Below are positions 18,618-28,745 of a stretch of 64,000 nucleotides of DNA, in pieces; the stretch's first letter is position 1, and every line of letters starts with the position of its first letter. The notes beneath the pieces were generated by a model that was not told the DNA's origin, made no database searches, and saw nothing but the letters and a program-made list of their open reading frames with translations. Source of the DNA: an uncultured Anaerolineales bacterium (lineage in GTDB: Bacteria; Chloroflexota; Anaerolineae; Epilineales; Epilineaceae); assembly GCA_964651245.1 (NCBI GenBank), contig CAZYVI010000010.1, positions 93,182-157,181 of the forward strand. Reading direction: 5' to 3'. Made by a program: the position numbers and the translations under genes.

Positions 18618-19421
18618 ATGCCCGACGACCGCGTCCCGGCCCACCCGGCGGCCGACGATCCGACCCGGCGGCTCGCGCCGGACCGCGTCGTCTGGCTGGC
18701 GCCCGAGGCGGCCCTGGCGCGCCTGGCGTCGGACGCGATCGAGGTCGAGGGCCAGTTCCTGCACGGCTCCAACGACACGTTCCTGGTGACGCTGGCCGGC
18801 GGCGACGGCGCCGTTGCGCTGCACGCGGTCTACAAGCCGCGCCGCGGCGAGCAGCCGCTGTGGGACTTCCCGCCCGCCACGCTGGCCCGGCGCGAGGTGG
18901 CTGCGCACGCCCTGTCGGAGGCCCTGGGCTGGGGGCTCGTGCCGCCGACGGTGCTCCGGCGCGGGCCGGCCGGACCGGGCATGCTCCAGCTGTTCATCCC
19001 GCACGACCCCATGACGCACTACCTGGCCCTCGACGCGCCCGACCCGCTCGTCGTCTGCCGGCTGGCGGCGTTCGACGTCGTGGCCAACAACGCCGACCGC
19101 AAGAGCGGCCATGTCCTGTCCGACCCGACCGGCCGGCTCTGGGCGATCGACCACGGCCTCACGTTCCACGTCGAGCCGAAGCTGCGGACCGTGATCTGGG
19201 ACACCGCCGGCACGCCGCTGCCGCCCCCGATCGCCGCCGACCTCGCCCGTGTCGCCGCGGCGCTGGCCGACCGGCAGGGCCCGCTGCGGCGCGCGATGGC
19301 GGCGCTGCTGGCCGCCGACGAAGTCGGGGCGACGCTGCATCGCATCCGCGCGCTCCTGCGCGCCGGCCAGCTGCCGGCGCCCGACCCGAACGTCCGCCAC
19401 CTGCCGTGGCCGCCCATCTGA
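18618..19421 (+). CDS. SCO1664-family protein (PI3/PI4-kinase-like fold, function unknown)
   Basis: FLHGSNDTFLVTL, VYKPRRGEQPLWDFP, DRKSGHVLSDPTGRLWAIDHGLTF. Third member of the conserved trio. Confidence 0.55.
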   Translation: MPDDRVPAHPAADDPTRRLAPDRVVWLAPEAALARLASDAIEVEGQFLHGSNDTFLVTLAGGDGAVALHAVYKPRRGEQPLWDFPPATLARREVAAHALSEALGWGLVPPTVLRRGPAGPGMLQLFIPHDPMTHYLALDAPDPLVVCRLAAFDVVANNADRKSGHVLSDPTGRLWAIDHGLTFHVEPKLRTVIWDTAGTPLPPPIAADLARVAAALADRQGPLRRAMAALLAADEVGATLHRIRALLRAGQLPAPDPNVRHLPWPPI

Positions 19422-19578
19422 GCCGGCGCGGGTCGACGCGTCAACCGATCCCACCGTCGACGCGCCGTCGCAGCCGTCGCGACCGCCCGTCGCGGACGGG
19501 CTGGCCTCGCCCGGCGCGGCCAACCTACAATCGGCGTCCGGCGCCCGGCCGTGGGGTGCCCCGCAGGAGGCGACGACG

Positions 19579-20676
19579 ATGAACGACCCAGGCGCGCGCC
19601 GCGCCGCCGCCGCCGCCGCGGCCGGCCTGGCGATGGCGCTCGTGCCGCTCGGCTTGGCCGGTTGCGGCCGCAGCGGCGGCCCGGCCGCCGAGCCCGACGC
19701 CGTCGCCGCCACCCGCGCCGCCAGCGCCACGCTGACCGCCAGCGCCACGCTCCAAGCGGGCGCCGTGGCGACCGACGGGGCTGGCGCGCGCCCGACGATG
19801 GCGCTCGTGCCCGTCACGCCGCGGCCGACGCCGACGGCCGACCCGGGGCTGCCGGCGCCGGCCCATGCCTTGGTCGTCGACCGCGACGACCCGGACCGCC
19901 TCTACCTGACGTTCGTGCGCGGCATGATGCACTCGACCGACGGCGGCATGACCTGGTCGCAGCTGCGCACCTCGAAGGCGGACGAGGGCACCTCGCTCGT
20001 CGTCGCGGCCCAGCTGGGCGACGGGACGCTGTTCGCCGCCGGCCCGGGCGCGTTCAAGCGCAGCGCCGACGGCGGCACCACGTGGCAGCCCGTGTCGACG
20101 ACGCTCGGCGCCGACATCCGCGGCCTGGCCGTCGACCCGAGCGACGGCCAGCGGCTCTACGCCCTGGTGCGCGGCGCCGGCGTCGCGTCGTCGACGGACG
20201 GCGGCGCCCGCTGGACCGCCGCCGGCGGCGCGCTGCCGTCCTTGGCCTACGGCCTCTGGGTCGTCGCCGCCGACCCGACGGTGCTGGTCACGACCGACCG
20301 CGCCGACGGCGGCCTGCTGCGCAGCGACGACGGCGGCGCGTCGTGGGCGCCGCTGCCGGCGACCGGCGCCCGTGGCGACTGGCGCGCCATCGTGCGCGGC
20401 GACGCCGGGCTGCTGTTCGCCGCCACCGGCGAGGGGCTCTTCCGCAGCGGCGACGGCGGCGCGAGCTGGCTGCCGCTCGGCCCGTTCAAGACGCTGGTGA
20501 CGATCGCCGTGGCGCCGAACGACGGCCAGGTGATCACGGCCATCACGCCCGGCCAGTACAACGTCTACCGCTCCCAGGACGGCGGCGCCACCTGGCCCGG
20601 CAGCGGTACGCGGACGGCCACCGCGCCGCCGTCGGGCGACGCGACGCCGCTGCCGACCGCGGGGCGCGCGCCGTGA
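19579..20676 (+). CDS. BNR/Asp-box repeat lipoprotein (Ycf48/sialidase-like beta-propeller)
   Basis: Lipobox LAGC. Six S-x-D-G-G-x-T/S-W repeats ([60 protein letters not shown]). GGAGG lies 9 nt upstream of the ATG. Confidence 0.65.
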   Translation: MNDPGARRAAAAAAAGLAMALVPLGLAGCGRSGGPAAEPDAVAATRAASATLTASATLQAGAVATDGAGARPTMALVPVTPRPTPTADPGLPAPAHALVVDRDDPDRLYLTFVRGMMHSTDGGMTWSQLRTSKADEGTSLVVAAQLGDGTLFAAGPGAFKRSADGGTTWQPVSTTLGADIRGLAVDPSDGQRLYALVRGAGVASSTDGGARWTAAGGALPSLAYGLWVVAADPTVLVTTDRADGGLLRSDDGGASWAPLPATGARGDWRAIVRGDAGLLFAATGEGLFRSGDGGASWLPLGPFKTLVTIAVAPNDGQVITAITPGQYNVYRSQDGGATWPGSGTRTATAPPSGDATPLPTAGRAP

Positions 20677-21656
20677 GCGCGGCGCCGCTGCCGACGCGCC
20701 GCCTCGGCCGTACCGGCCTCGAGGTGTCGGCGCTGGCGCTGGGGACGATGCAGTTCGGCTGGACGGCCGACGAGGCAGCCAGCTTTGCCGTCCTCGACGC
20801 CTACCTCGAGGCCGGCGGCAACCTGATCGACACCGCCGACATCTACAGCCGCTGGGCCGACGGCAACCCCGGCGGCGTGAGCGAGCGGATCGTCGGCCGC
20901 TGGCTGGCCGACCGCGGCGTGCGCGACCGGGTCGTGTTGGCGACCAAGGTCAAGGGGCGGATGTGGGACGGGCCCAACGGCGAGGGGCTGTCGCGGCTGC
21001 ACATCCTGCGCGCCTGCGACGACAGCTTGCGGCGGCTGGGCGTCGACCACATCGACCTCTACCAAACCCACTCCTGGGACCCCCAGACCCCGATCGACGA
21101 GACGCTGCGGGCGCTGGACGACCTGGTGCGCGCCGGCAAGGTCCGCTACATCGGCGCCTCCAACCTGCCGGCCTGGCACCTCGTCGAGGCGCTGTGGCGC
21201 AGCGACGGGGCGGGGGTGGCCCGCTACGACAGCGTCCAGCCCAACTACAGCCTCGTGCGCCGCGCCGAGTTCGAGGCCGAGTTGGCGCCGGCCTGCGCCC
21301 GGTTCGGCGTCGGCGTGATCCCCTACAGCCCGCTGGGCGGCGGCTTCCTGACCGGCAAGTACCGGCCGTCGTCGCCCGGCGGTGCGCCCGACGGTCCCCG
21401 CGCGGCGCGCATCCGCGAGCGCTACGTGAACGACCGCGGCCTGGCCGTTCTCGACGCGCTCGACGCCGCGGCCGCCGACCACGGCGCGACCTGCGCCCAG
21501 GTGGCGCTGGCCTGGCTCCTCGCCCAGCCGAACGTCACGGCGCCGATCGTCGGCGCCAACACCGCGGCGCAGCTGCGCGAGATCCTGCCGGGCGCGCAGC
21601 TGGCGCTCGACGCGGCGGCCCTGGCGCGGCTCACCGAGGCGAGCGCGGGCTGGTAG
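20673..21656 (+). CDS. aldo/keto reductase
   Basis: [16 protein letters not shown], active-site [31 protein letters not shown]. The GTG start overlaps the upstream stop (GTGA). Confidence 0.85.
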   Translation: MSAAPLPTRRLGRTGLEVSALALGTMQFGWTADEAASFAVLDAYLEAGGNLIDTADIYSRWADGNPGGVSERIVGRWLADRGVRDRVVLATKVKGRMWDGPNGEGLSRLHILRACDDSLRRLGVDHIDLYQTHSWDPQTPIDETLRALDDLVRAGKVRYIGASNLPAWHLVEALWRSDGAGVARYDSVQPNYSLVRRAEFEAELAPACARFGVGVIPYSPLGGGFLTGKYRPSSPGGAPDGPRAARIRERYVNDRGLAVLDALDAAAADHGATCAQVALAWLLAQPNVTAPIVGANTAAQLREILPGAQLALDAAALARLTEASAGW

Positions 21657-21714
21657 CCGCCACGGGCGCGTCGCGGGCGCGGCCGCCCCGTCGAACGTCG
21701 TCGCCGCGGGGCGC

Positions 21715-22926
21715 CTAGCGCACGCGGTACTCCGCCTTGCAGTTCAGCCGGACATAGGCGAACAGCCGCGTCGCCCCATCGGCCACCCGGGGGTCGGCGT
21801 CGGACTGGAGCGCGGCGAGGTCGGGCGTCCGGGTCGGGCAGAGCGACCGGAGCCAGAGCCACTGCGGCGCGGCCGGGTCGGTGTACGTCGGCAGCAGCGG
21901 CCGCAGCGACGCGGTCGAGGCGTTCCGCAGCAACGTGTCCCAGGCCAGGCGCCGGACCGGATCGGGGTCGCCGAGGCGCTCGGCGAGGGCGGCGATCAGC
22001 TCGGGCTCGAGGAGCACCGGCGCCGCGGCGAGGAACGTCGCCTCGGCGAAGGCGGCGCGCGTGGCCGCGTCGCCGTGCGCCAGGCCGTCGGCGGCGATGA
22101 CCTGGAAGGCCGAGGGCAGCCGCGGCTCGACCAGCGCCGCCGGCGCCGTCGCCGCGGCGCCGAGGCGCGGCCGTAGCGCGGGCGTCGCCAGGGCGTGGGC
22201 GGTGAACGTCGCGGCCGGGTCGCCGGTCAGCCACCAGACCGTCGCCGCCACGCCGTCGCCGGCGGCGGCGCCGTCCGCCGCCAGGGCGGTGAGCAGCCGC
22301 CGCGCCAGCGACGCGCGGCTGCCGGCCGAGAGCACCGGCGCGCCGCGGTCGCGGGCGCGGTCGGCCACGGCGCGCGCGGCGGCGCCGTCCGGGACGGCGG
22401 CGTCGAGCAGCGCCTCGCGCTCGGCCGGCGAGGCGTAGCGGTGCGCCTCGAGCGTCAGGGCATTGTCGAGCGCCGCCGGCGATGCGACCGCGGCGGCGGC
22501 CCGCGCCCGCCAGGCGGCGCCGCGCAGCCGCGGCCCGGCGATGGCCAGGGCGGCGCCGGCCACGAGCAGTGCCGTCGCCGCGCCTCGCTGCCAGCGGCGC
22601 GGCCGGCGGCGCATCACCCAGGCGGCCACGATCGGGATCGGGGCCAGCGCCAACGCCAGCCAACCCAGGCCGCGCGCCAGCCCGGTGAGGGCCAGCGGCG
22701 CCCGGAAACCCATCAGGCCCAGCCAGAGCCCCAGCTCGGCGCCGAGGAAGAAGGCCGGCGCGGCCGCCGCCATCGCCAGCAGCTGCCAGCCGACGGTCCC
22801 GAACTCGCGCTCGCCCGGGCTCGGACGCCAGCGGGCGGCGATGAACGTGGCCAGACCCGCGGCCACGCCGGCCACGGCGGCCAGGGGTTCCAGCTGCAGC
22901 CAGAGAACGAGGGACGGGGTCGACAT
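21715..22926 (-). CDS. hypothetical membrane protein (N-terminal 4-5 TM helices, Ala-rich C-terminal domain)
   Basis: Hydrophobic helices MSTPSLVLWLQLEPLAAVAGVAAGLATFIAA... GGAG lies 6 nt upstream of the ATG. Confidence 0.45.
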   Translation of the reverse strand: MSTPSLVLWLQLEPLAAVAGVAAGLATFIAARWRPSPGEREFGTVGWQLLAMAAAAPAFFLGAELGLWLGLMGFRAPLALTGLARGLGWLALALAPIPIVAAWVMRRRPRRWQRGAATALLVAGAALAIAGPRLRGAAWRARAAAAVASPAALDNALTLEAHRYASPAEREALLDAAVPDGAAARAVADRARDRGAPVLSAGSRASLARRLLTALAADGAAAGDGVAATVWWLTGDPAATFTAHALATPALRPRLGAAATAPAALVEPRLPSAFQVIAADGLAHGDAATRAAFAEATFLAAAPVLLEPELIAALAERLGDPDPVRRLAWDTLLRNASTASLRPLLPTYTDPAAPQWLWLRSLCPTRTPDLAALQSDADPRVADGATRLFAYVRLNCKAEYRVR

Positions 22927-23084
22927 CGATGGCTCCAGGAGCGCAGCGCGCCGCAGGGCACGCCGGCGACCGCAAGACGCGCCGACGCCGGGCGCCTCGG
23001 CGCGGCGTCGAGACGAGGTGTACGACCGGTTCGGCGCGACGGTAGCGCCGCGCGGCGCGCGCCGCGCAGGGCAACCGCCTTAGA

Positions 23085-23130
23085 GGGCCTAACAAAACCA
23101 CACGGCCTCGGATCTCCACGGGGCCGAGGC
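23085..23130 (-). terminator. intrinsic terminator downstream of the mobA-like gene (GC stem, then a U-rich tract on the minus strand)
   Basis: gcctcgg(23105-11) - loop - ccgaggc(23124-30), followed on the minus strand by GUGUGGUUUUGUU. A U-tract is rare in this GC context. Confidence 0.4.
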
Positions 23131-23160
23131 ACGTCGTCGCGCCGGCTTTGTGAGGGACTC

Positions 23161-23904
23161 TTAGCCGCGCGGCCGGTTCAACCGCTGTGCGGCCGCGGCC
23201 AGATCGCTGAGGGTGTTGACGTTGAGAAACGACCGGCCATCCGGGTCGGCCGGCCGCCAGCGTTCCGGCGGTACGACCACCGACGGGACGGCGCTGGCCA
23301 ACAGTTGGGCTGGCGCCGGTCCGCCGGCCAGCAGCCGCTCGATCGCCGGGACGCAGCCGCGGCGGTAGGCGGCCAGCAGCGGCTGGAGACCGCCTGCCCC
23401 GGGGTCGGGCGACGGGCCGGCCGCGGGCAGCGCCTGCGGCCCGGCGTCCGGCACGGCCGCCAGGGCGGGGCCGACGGCGTCCGCCAGCAGCGCCAGCAGC
23501 GCCGGCTGGACGAGCGGCAGGTCGCAGGCCACCACCAGGCAGAGGTCGGTCGGCGCCGCCGTCAGGCCGGCGTGCAGCCCGGTGAGGGGTCCGCGGGCCG
23601 GCAGCCGGTCGACGACGACGGGCACCCCGAACGCGAGGAAGCGCGCGTCGTCGTCGTGCGCGACGACGACGCGGTGGGTCGTCACCGCCGCCAACGCCTC
23701 GAGCACCCACGCCAGCAGCGGCCGGCCGGCGAGCGCGAGGAAGGCCTTGTCGATGCCCATCCGCCGGCTGCGACCGCCGGCCAGCACGACGCCGGTGGCC
23801 GGCTCGGCGCCAAGGCGCAGCGGCGCGGCCGCCGGGTCGATCACAGCGGTGGCGTCCGGCGCGGCGACCGGCCGGCCGCGCGGCGCCGGGAGGGGGCGGG
23901 GCAT
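23161..23904 (-). CDS. mobA: molybdenum cofactor guanylyltransferase-like nucleotidyltransferase (MobA family)
   Basis: GVVLAGGRSRRMGIDKAFL, PLTGLHAGL, ACDLPLV, LNVNTLSDL. The start is uncertain: the ATG at 23904 gives a long N-terminal tail, and internal GTG or CTG starts are possible. Confidence 0.55.
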   Translation of the reverse strand: MPRPLPAPRGRPVAAPDATAVIDPAAAPLRLGAEPATGVVLAGGRSRRMGIDKAFLALAGRPLLAWVLEALAAVTTHRVVVAHDDDARFLAFGVPVVVDRLPARGPLTGLHAGLTAAPTDLCLVVACDLPLVQPALLALLADAVGPALAAVPDAGPQALPAAGPSPDPGAGGLQPLLAAYRRGCVPAIERLLAGGPAPAQLLASAVPSVVVPPERWRPADPDGRSFLNVNTLSDLAAAAQRLNRPRG

Positions 23905-24043
23905 GGCGCGATGGTGCCACAGGGGCGCGAGGGCGACCACATCGGCCCGGTCGGCCCCCGTGCCGGCGCGTTCGCCGACCCTGTCGCCGGGGACGGCCGC
24001 GCCGCCGCCGCCGCGCGCCGCGACCGTCCCTATAATCGCCGCC

Positions 24044-26077
24044 ATGTGCGGCATCTACGGCGTCGTCGTCCGACCCGGCGCGGCCATCGATCCGGCGCGC
24101 GTGGCGGCGATGGGCGCGGCGCTGGCCCACCGCGGGCCGGACGATGCCCACAGCTGGACGGACGGCACGGCGGCGCTGGGCGCGACGCGGCTGTCGATCA
24201 TCGACGTCGCGGGCGGCCGGCAGCCGGTGGCCAACGAGGACGGCTCGATCGTCGCCTGCCAGAACGGCGAGCTCTACAACTACGCCGCGCTGCGGGCCGA
24301 GCTGGCCGCCGCCGGCCACGCCTTCGGCAACCACGGCGACACCGAGGTCCTGCCGCACCTCTACGAGGCGGACGGCCTCGACTTCGCGCGGCGGCTGCGC
24401 GGCATGTTCGCGGCTGCGATCTGGGACGCCCGCCGCGGCCGATTGGTGCTCTCGCGCGATCGGCTCGGGATCAAGCCGCTGCACTACGCCGAGAGCGACG
24501 ACGGCCTCTGGTTCGCCAGCGAGATCAAGGCGATCCTGGCCGCCGGCTACGCCAAGCGCCTCGACCCGCAGGCGCTGCACGACTACCTCAGCCTCGACTA
24601 CGTGCCCGGGCCGGCGACGATGTTCGACGGCATCCGCAAGCTGCCGCCCGGCGCGCAGCTCGTCTGGGACGCCGGCGCGCCGCGCGGCCGGGCGCTGGGC
24701 GTGCGGCAGTGGTGGTCGTGGCCGGCGCAGCGCGGCGCGCCGGCGGGCGCCGCCGACCGCGCCGCGCTGCCCACCGCGCTGCCGCGCAGCGAGGACGGCT
24801 GGGTGCGCGTGGTGCGCGCCGCGCTCGAGGACGCCGTGGCCGCCCACCTGGTCAGCGACGTCCCTGTCGGCGCGTTCCTGTCGGGCGGGATCGACTCGAG
24901 CGTCGTCGTCGCGCTGATGCAGCGGCTGAGCGGCCGCGTCGAGACGTTCGCCGTCGGCTTCGACGACGCGTCGTACGACGAGCTGCCGTACGCCGAGCGC
25001 GTTGCGGCCCACTGCGGCACGGTCCACCACGCGACGATCGTGCGCCCGGCCGCCGAGGCGCTCGTGCACGACCTCGTCACGGCGTTCGACGAGCCGTTCG
25101 CCGACTCCTCGGCCATCGGCTCGTGGATCGTGGCGCGCGAGGCGGCCGGGCACACCAAGGTCGTGCTGTCGGGCGACGGGGGCGACGAGGTCTTCGGCGG
25201 CTACGTCATCTACCAGGCCGACCGCCTGGCGGCGATCGGGCGGCGGCTGCCGTCGCTCCTCACGCGGCGTCTCCTGCCGTCGCTCGCCCGCGCCGTGCCG
25301 GCCTCCGATCGCAAGATGGCGCTCGACCTGCGGCTGCAGCGCTTCGCGCGCGGCATCGCGCTCGACCCGCTGGCGGCGCACCTGGCGTGGCGGGAGATCT
25401 TCGCCGAGGACGCCAAGGCGACCCTCTACGCCGCCCACGACACTGCACGCCTCGGCGCCCACGACACCGACCACCCATCCCACGAGGGCCTGGACCCCGG
25501 ATCCCACGCCCGTGTAGGGGCACGGCATGCCGTGCCCTCCCCCGCCGTCCGCCCCACCCTCGACCTACTCCGGGCCGCCCACGACGCCTACCCCCATGCC
25601 GACCCGATCAACCGCCTCATGGCCGTCGATGCCTCGATCAGCCTCGTCGACGACATGCTCACCAAGGTCGACCGCACGAGCATGGCCCACGGCCTCGAGG
25701 TTCGGGTGCCGCTGCTCGACCACCCGCTCGTCGAGTTGCTGGCGCGCGTGCCCGACGTCTACAAGGTCCGCCCGATCCACCGCGGCCTCGGCCTCAAGCC
25801 GCTCCTGCGCCGCGTCGCCGCCGACCTGCTGCCGGCCGACATCGTCCGTCGGCCCAAGGCCGGCTTCCACGTCCCGATCCCGGGCTGGCTCAAGGGCGAG
25901 CTCCGGCCGCTGCTCACCGATGTCCTGTCGCCGGCGCGGGTGCGGCGCCAGGGCATCTTCGATCCCGATGCGGTCGATGCGCTCGTCCGGGCCCACCTCG
26001 ACGGCCGCCACAACCTCAGCCGCGAGCTCTGGGGGCTCTTGATGTTCGGGCTGTGGTACGAGCGGCATCTGGCGTGA
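24044..26077 (+). CDS. asnB: asparagine synthase (glutamine-hydrolysing)
   Basis: N-terminal MCGIYG nucleophile Cys2. SGGIDSS PP-loop. The C-terminal synthetase domain continues to ...WYERHL. TATAAT at 24031-24036 plus 7 nt precedes the ATG, suggesting a leaderless transcript. Confidence 0.9.
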   Translation: MCGIYGVVVRPGAAIDPARVAAMGAALAHRGPDDAHSWTDGTAALGATRLSIIDVAGGRQPVANEDGSIVACQNGELYNYAALRAELAAAGHAFGNHGDTEVLPHLYEADGLDFARRLRGMFAAAIWDARRGRLVLSRDRLGIKPLHYAESDDGLWFASEIKAILAAGYAKRLDPQALHDYLSLDYVPGPATMFDGIRKLPPGAQLVWDAGAPRGRALGVRQWWSWPAQRGAPAGAADRAALPTALPRSEDGWVRVVRAALEDAVAAHLVSDVPVGAFLSGGIDSSVVVALMQRLSGRVETFAVGFDDASYDELPYAERVAAHCGTVHHATIVRPAAEALVHDLVTAFDEPFADSSAIGSWIVAREAAGHTKVVLSGDGGDEVFGGYVIYQADRLAAIGRRLPSLLTRRLLPSLARAVPASDRKMALDLRLQRFARGIALDPLAAHLAWREIFAEDAKATLYAAHDTARLGAHDTDHPSHEGLDPGSHARVGARHAVPSPAVRPTLDLLRAAHDAYPHADPINRLMAVDASISLVDDMLTKVDRTSMAHGLEVRVPLLDHPLVELLARVPDVYKVRPIHRGLGLKPLLRRVAADLLPADIVRRPKAGFHVPIPGWLKGELRPLLTDVLSPARVRRQGIFDPDAVDALVRAHLDGRHNLSRELWGLLMFGLWYERHLA

Positions 26078-26147
26078 GCGCGGGACGGGCGGCGCGGGCG
26101 CATCGCACCCGCGCCGCCCGCCGGACGACGAACGCCTCGCTCCGCCG

Positions 26148-26576
26148 TCAGCCCTCGCGGTAGAGCCAGCCGGCCACGTACGCGCCGACCAGCGTCACAA
26201 TGATGCTCGGCACCATCGACACGCCGATGAGCGACCACTCGAAGACGTCCATGCTGGCCATGCCGGCCATGATCGGGACGCCGGCGACCCACAACAGGGC
26301 GCCGGCGATGAGGGCGGTGCGCATCCCCGCGCCGAAGCGCGGCCGCATCGCGGCGTAGGTGAACGCCAGGGCGATGCCCATCAGCACGTAGGTGCCGGCG
26401 AACACGGCCAGGTCCCCGAGTCCGCCCTCGGTGAACGGCGGCAGCCCAAGCCGCTCCATCGCCGCGTTCCAGCGGTCCGCCAGCAGCGTGCCGGTGATGA
26501 GCATGTCGAGGGCCACCATCACGATCCCGGCGGCAACGCCTCCGATGAGCACCTTCTTGCCGTTGATCCCAGCCAC
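26148..26576 (-). CDS. small hypothetical membrane protein (4 TM helices)
   Basis: Hydrophobic 143-aa protein. GTG start with AAGGAGGA 9 nt upstream. Confidence 0.45.
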   Translation of the reverse strand: MAGINGKKVLIGGVAAGIVMVALDMLITGTLLADRWNAAMERLGLPPFTEGGLGDLAVFAGTYVLMGIALAFTYAAMRPRFGAGMRTALIAGALLWVAGVPIMAGMASMDVFEWSLIGVSMVPSIIVTLVGAYVAGWLYREG

Positions 26577-26681
26577 GTCGTGCGTTCCTCCTTGCGCATC
26601 GTCGGACCGCCCGTTGACGGCCCGTGCGCGGCGAGTATCCTCCCCGCCGCCGCTGCGCGCAACCGCTTCCCCGAGGACGAC

Positions 26682-27948
26682 GTGGGCCATCGCCTGCCCC
26701 AGCGCCCGCCGCTGCCCGCCACCGTTCTCGCCCTGTCGGCGGCGAGCTTCCTGCGCGACGTGGCCAGCGAGATGCTCACCCATCTCGTGCCGATCTTCCT
26801 GGCCGAGACGCTCGGCGCCCGGACGGCCGTCGTCGGGCAGGTCGAGGGGGCGGCCGCTGGCCAGCCTCACCAAGCTGGCCAGCGGCCGCCTGTCGGACCG
26901 GTTGGGCCGCCGCAAGGGGCTGACGGCCGCCGGCTACGGCGTCGCCGCCGCCGCCGTGCCCGTCCTGCTCGCCGCCGCGTCGTGGCCGGTCGTCCTCGCC
27001 GCGCGCCTTCTCGACCGGCTCGGCAAGGGCATCCGCACGGCGCCGCGCGACGCGCTGCTGGCCGACGCGACCCCGCCCGCGGCGCGCGGCCGCGCGTTCG
27101 GCCTCCACCGCGCCGCCGACAGCGCCGGTGCGTTCGTCGGGCTGCTGCTGGCCCTGGCGATCGTCTGGCGGCGCGACCTCGGGGCGCTGCCGCTCGATGC
27201 GGCGACGTTCCGGACGATCGTCGGTTGGGCGATCGTGCCCGCGGTCCTGGCGGCGGTCGTCGTCGTCGGCGGCGTGCGCGAGTCAGTCCGGCCGCCGCCG
27301 GGCGACTCGGCCGTCGGCGGGGCGCGCGGCGAGCGGGCGGCGCCCTGGTCGTGGCGGGCGCCGAGCCCGTTCGCCCGCTTCGTCGTCGTCACCGTCCTCT
27401 TCACGCTGGCCAACGCCAGCGACGCCTTCCTCGTGCTCCGGGCGCGCAGCCTCGGCGCGTCGCTCGTCGAGGTCCTGGCGCTCCTGGCCGTGTTCAACCT
27501 GGTATACGCTGCCTGCTCGACCTGGGCCGGCGGCCTGTCGGACCGGGTGCCGCGGCGGCGGCTCGTCGTCGCCGGCTGGTCGATCTACGCGCTCGTCTAC
27601 CTCGGGTTCGCGTTCGTCGACGACGCCGGCTGGCTGTGGGGACTGTTCGCAGCCTACGGCCTGTACTACGCCCTGACCGAAGGCGTCGCCAAGGCGATCG
27701 TCGCCGACCTCGTGCCCGCGGCGCGGCGCGGCGCGGCGTACGGGGCGTACCATGCCGCCGTCGGCCTCACGGCCCTGCCGGCCAGCGTGCTGGCCGGGGT
27801 GCTGTGGCAAGGCGCGGGCACGTGGGACGGGTTCGGGCCGCGGGCGCCGTTCGTGGCCGGGGCGGGGCTGGCGCTGGCGGCGGCAGGGCTCATGGCGGTG
27901 TGGGTGACGACAGAGCCGGCCGAATCGTCGTCAGCGGCGGCCGCCTAG
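26682..27948 (+). pseudogene. MFS transporter interrupted by an apparent +1 frameshift in a G5 tract (about 26843-26847); either a sequencing error or a genuine pseudogene
   Basis: The N-terminus LSAASFLRDVASEMLTHLVPIFLAETLGARTAVVGQVEG is in frame 0 (ORF 26580..28103). The remainder, LASLTKLASGRLSDRLGRRKG and the following TM helices, is in frame 1 (ORF 26392..27948). Removing one G from gagggggcgg restores a continuous MFS sequence. Confidence 0.6.
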
Positions 27949-28737
27949 CGACCGCCGCGCACTTCGCCGCGCGGCGGTCGCCAGCGTCAGGCCGACGAAC
28001 CGCACCAGCCGCAGCTGCCGCCGCCAGCGCCACGGTTCGTTCAAGAGGCGCCACAGCCAGATCAGCCCGAGGCGGCGGACGATCAAGGGCGGCCACGGGC
28101 TGACGCCGGCGATGAAGTCGAACGTCCCGCCGACCCCGATGCCGACCGGGATGCCGAGCCCAGGCAGCGCATCGTGCAGCCAGATCTCCTGCGCCGGCGT
28201 GCCATACGCCACGAGCACGACGTCGACGGGCGCCGCGGCGGCCAGCGCGGCGCGGACGGCCGCCGCGTCCGAGGCGCGCGGGCTGCCGGCGAACGTGCCG
28301 GCGATCGTCAGCCCGGGGTGGTCGGCGGCCAGCCGGGCTGCGGCGCGATCGGCCACGCCGTCGGCCGCGCCGAGCAGGAACACCCGCCAGCCGGCCGTCG
28401 CCGCGGCGCCCGCTAGGCGCACCGTCAGCGCGCTGCCCGGGACGACGGCCCGGATCGGCGTCCCGAGCCGCCGCGCCGCCCAGCGGATCCCGACGCCGTC
28501 CGGCGTCGCCAGCGCGGCGGAGGCGAGCGCGGCGGCCAGGGCGGGGTCGTGACGGGCTTGGACGACCATCTCGGGGTTGGGGGTCGCGACGACGTGGCTG
28601 CGCCCCGACGCGCGCCCGTCGGCGATGAGCGCGGCGACGCGGTCGACGGCCTCGTCCATCGTCACGTCGTCGACGCGCGTCCCGAGGACGTCGATCGCGC
28701 CGCCCGCGCCCGCGGCCGTCCGCCGTTCAGGTATCAT
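27931..28737 (-). CDS. WecB/TagA/CpsF-family glycosyltransferase
   Basis: IDVLGTRVDDVTMDEAV, VVATPNPEMVVQA, PDGVGIRWAAR, WRVFLLGA, VGGTFDFIAG. The 3' end overlaps the MFS 3' end by 18 nt in convergent orientation. Confidence 0.75.
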   Translation of the reverse strand: MIPERRTAAGAGGAIDVLGTRVDDVTMDEAVDRVAALIADGRASGRSHVVATPNPEMVVQARHDPALAAALASAALATPDGVGIRWAARRLGTPIRAVVPGSALTVRLAGAAATAGWRVFLLGAADGVADRAAARLAADHPGLTIAGTFAGSPRASDAAAVRAALAAAAPVDVVLVAYGTPAQEIWLHDALPGLGIPVGIGVGGTFDFIAGVSPWPPLIVRRLGLIWLWRLLNEPWRWRRQLRLVRFVGLTLATAARRSARRSLGGRR

Positions 28738-28745
28738 CGCCGGCC

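Noticed and set aside
21422-26163. Very long overlapping ORFs 21422..25528 (-, 1368 aa) and 22195..26163 (+, 1322 aa).
   Set aside because: They are Arg/Gly/Pro/Ala-rich with no recognisable domains, and they are antisense or out of frame to the well-supported asnB, mobA-like and membrane-protein genes. This is the typical high-GC artefact.
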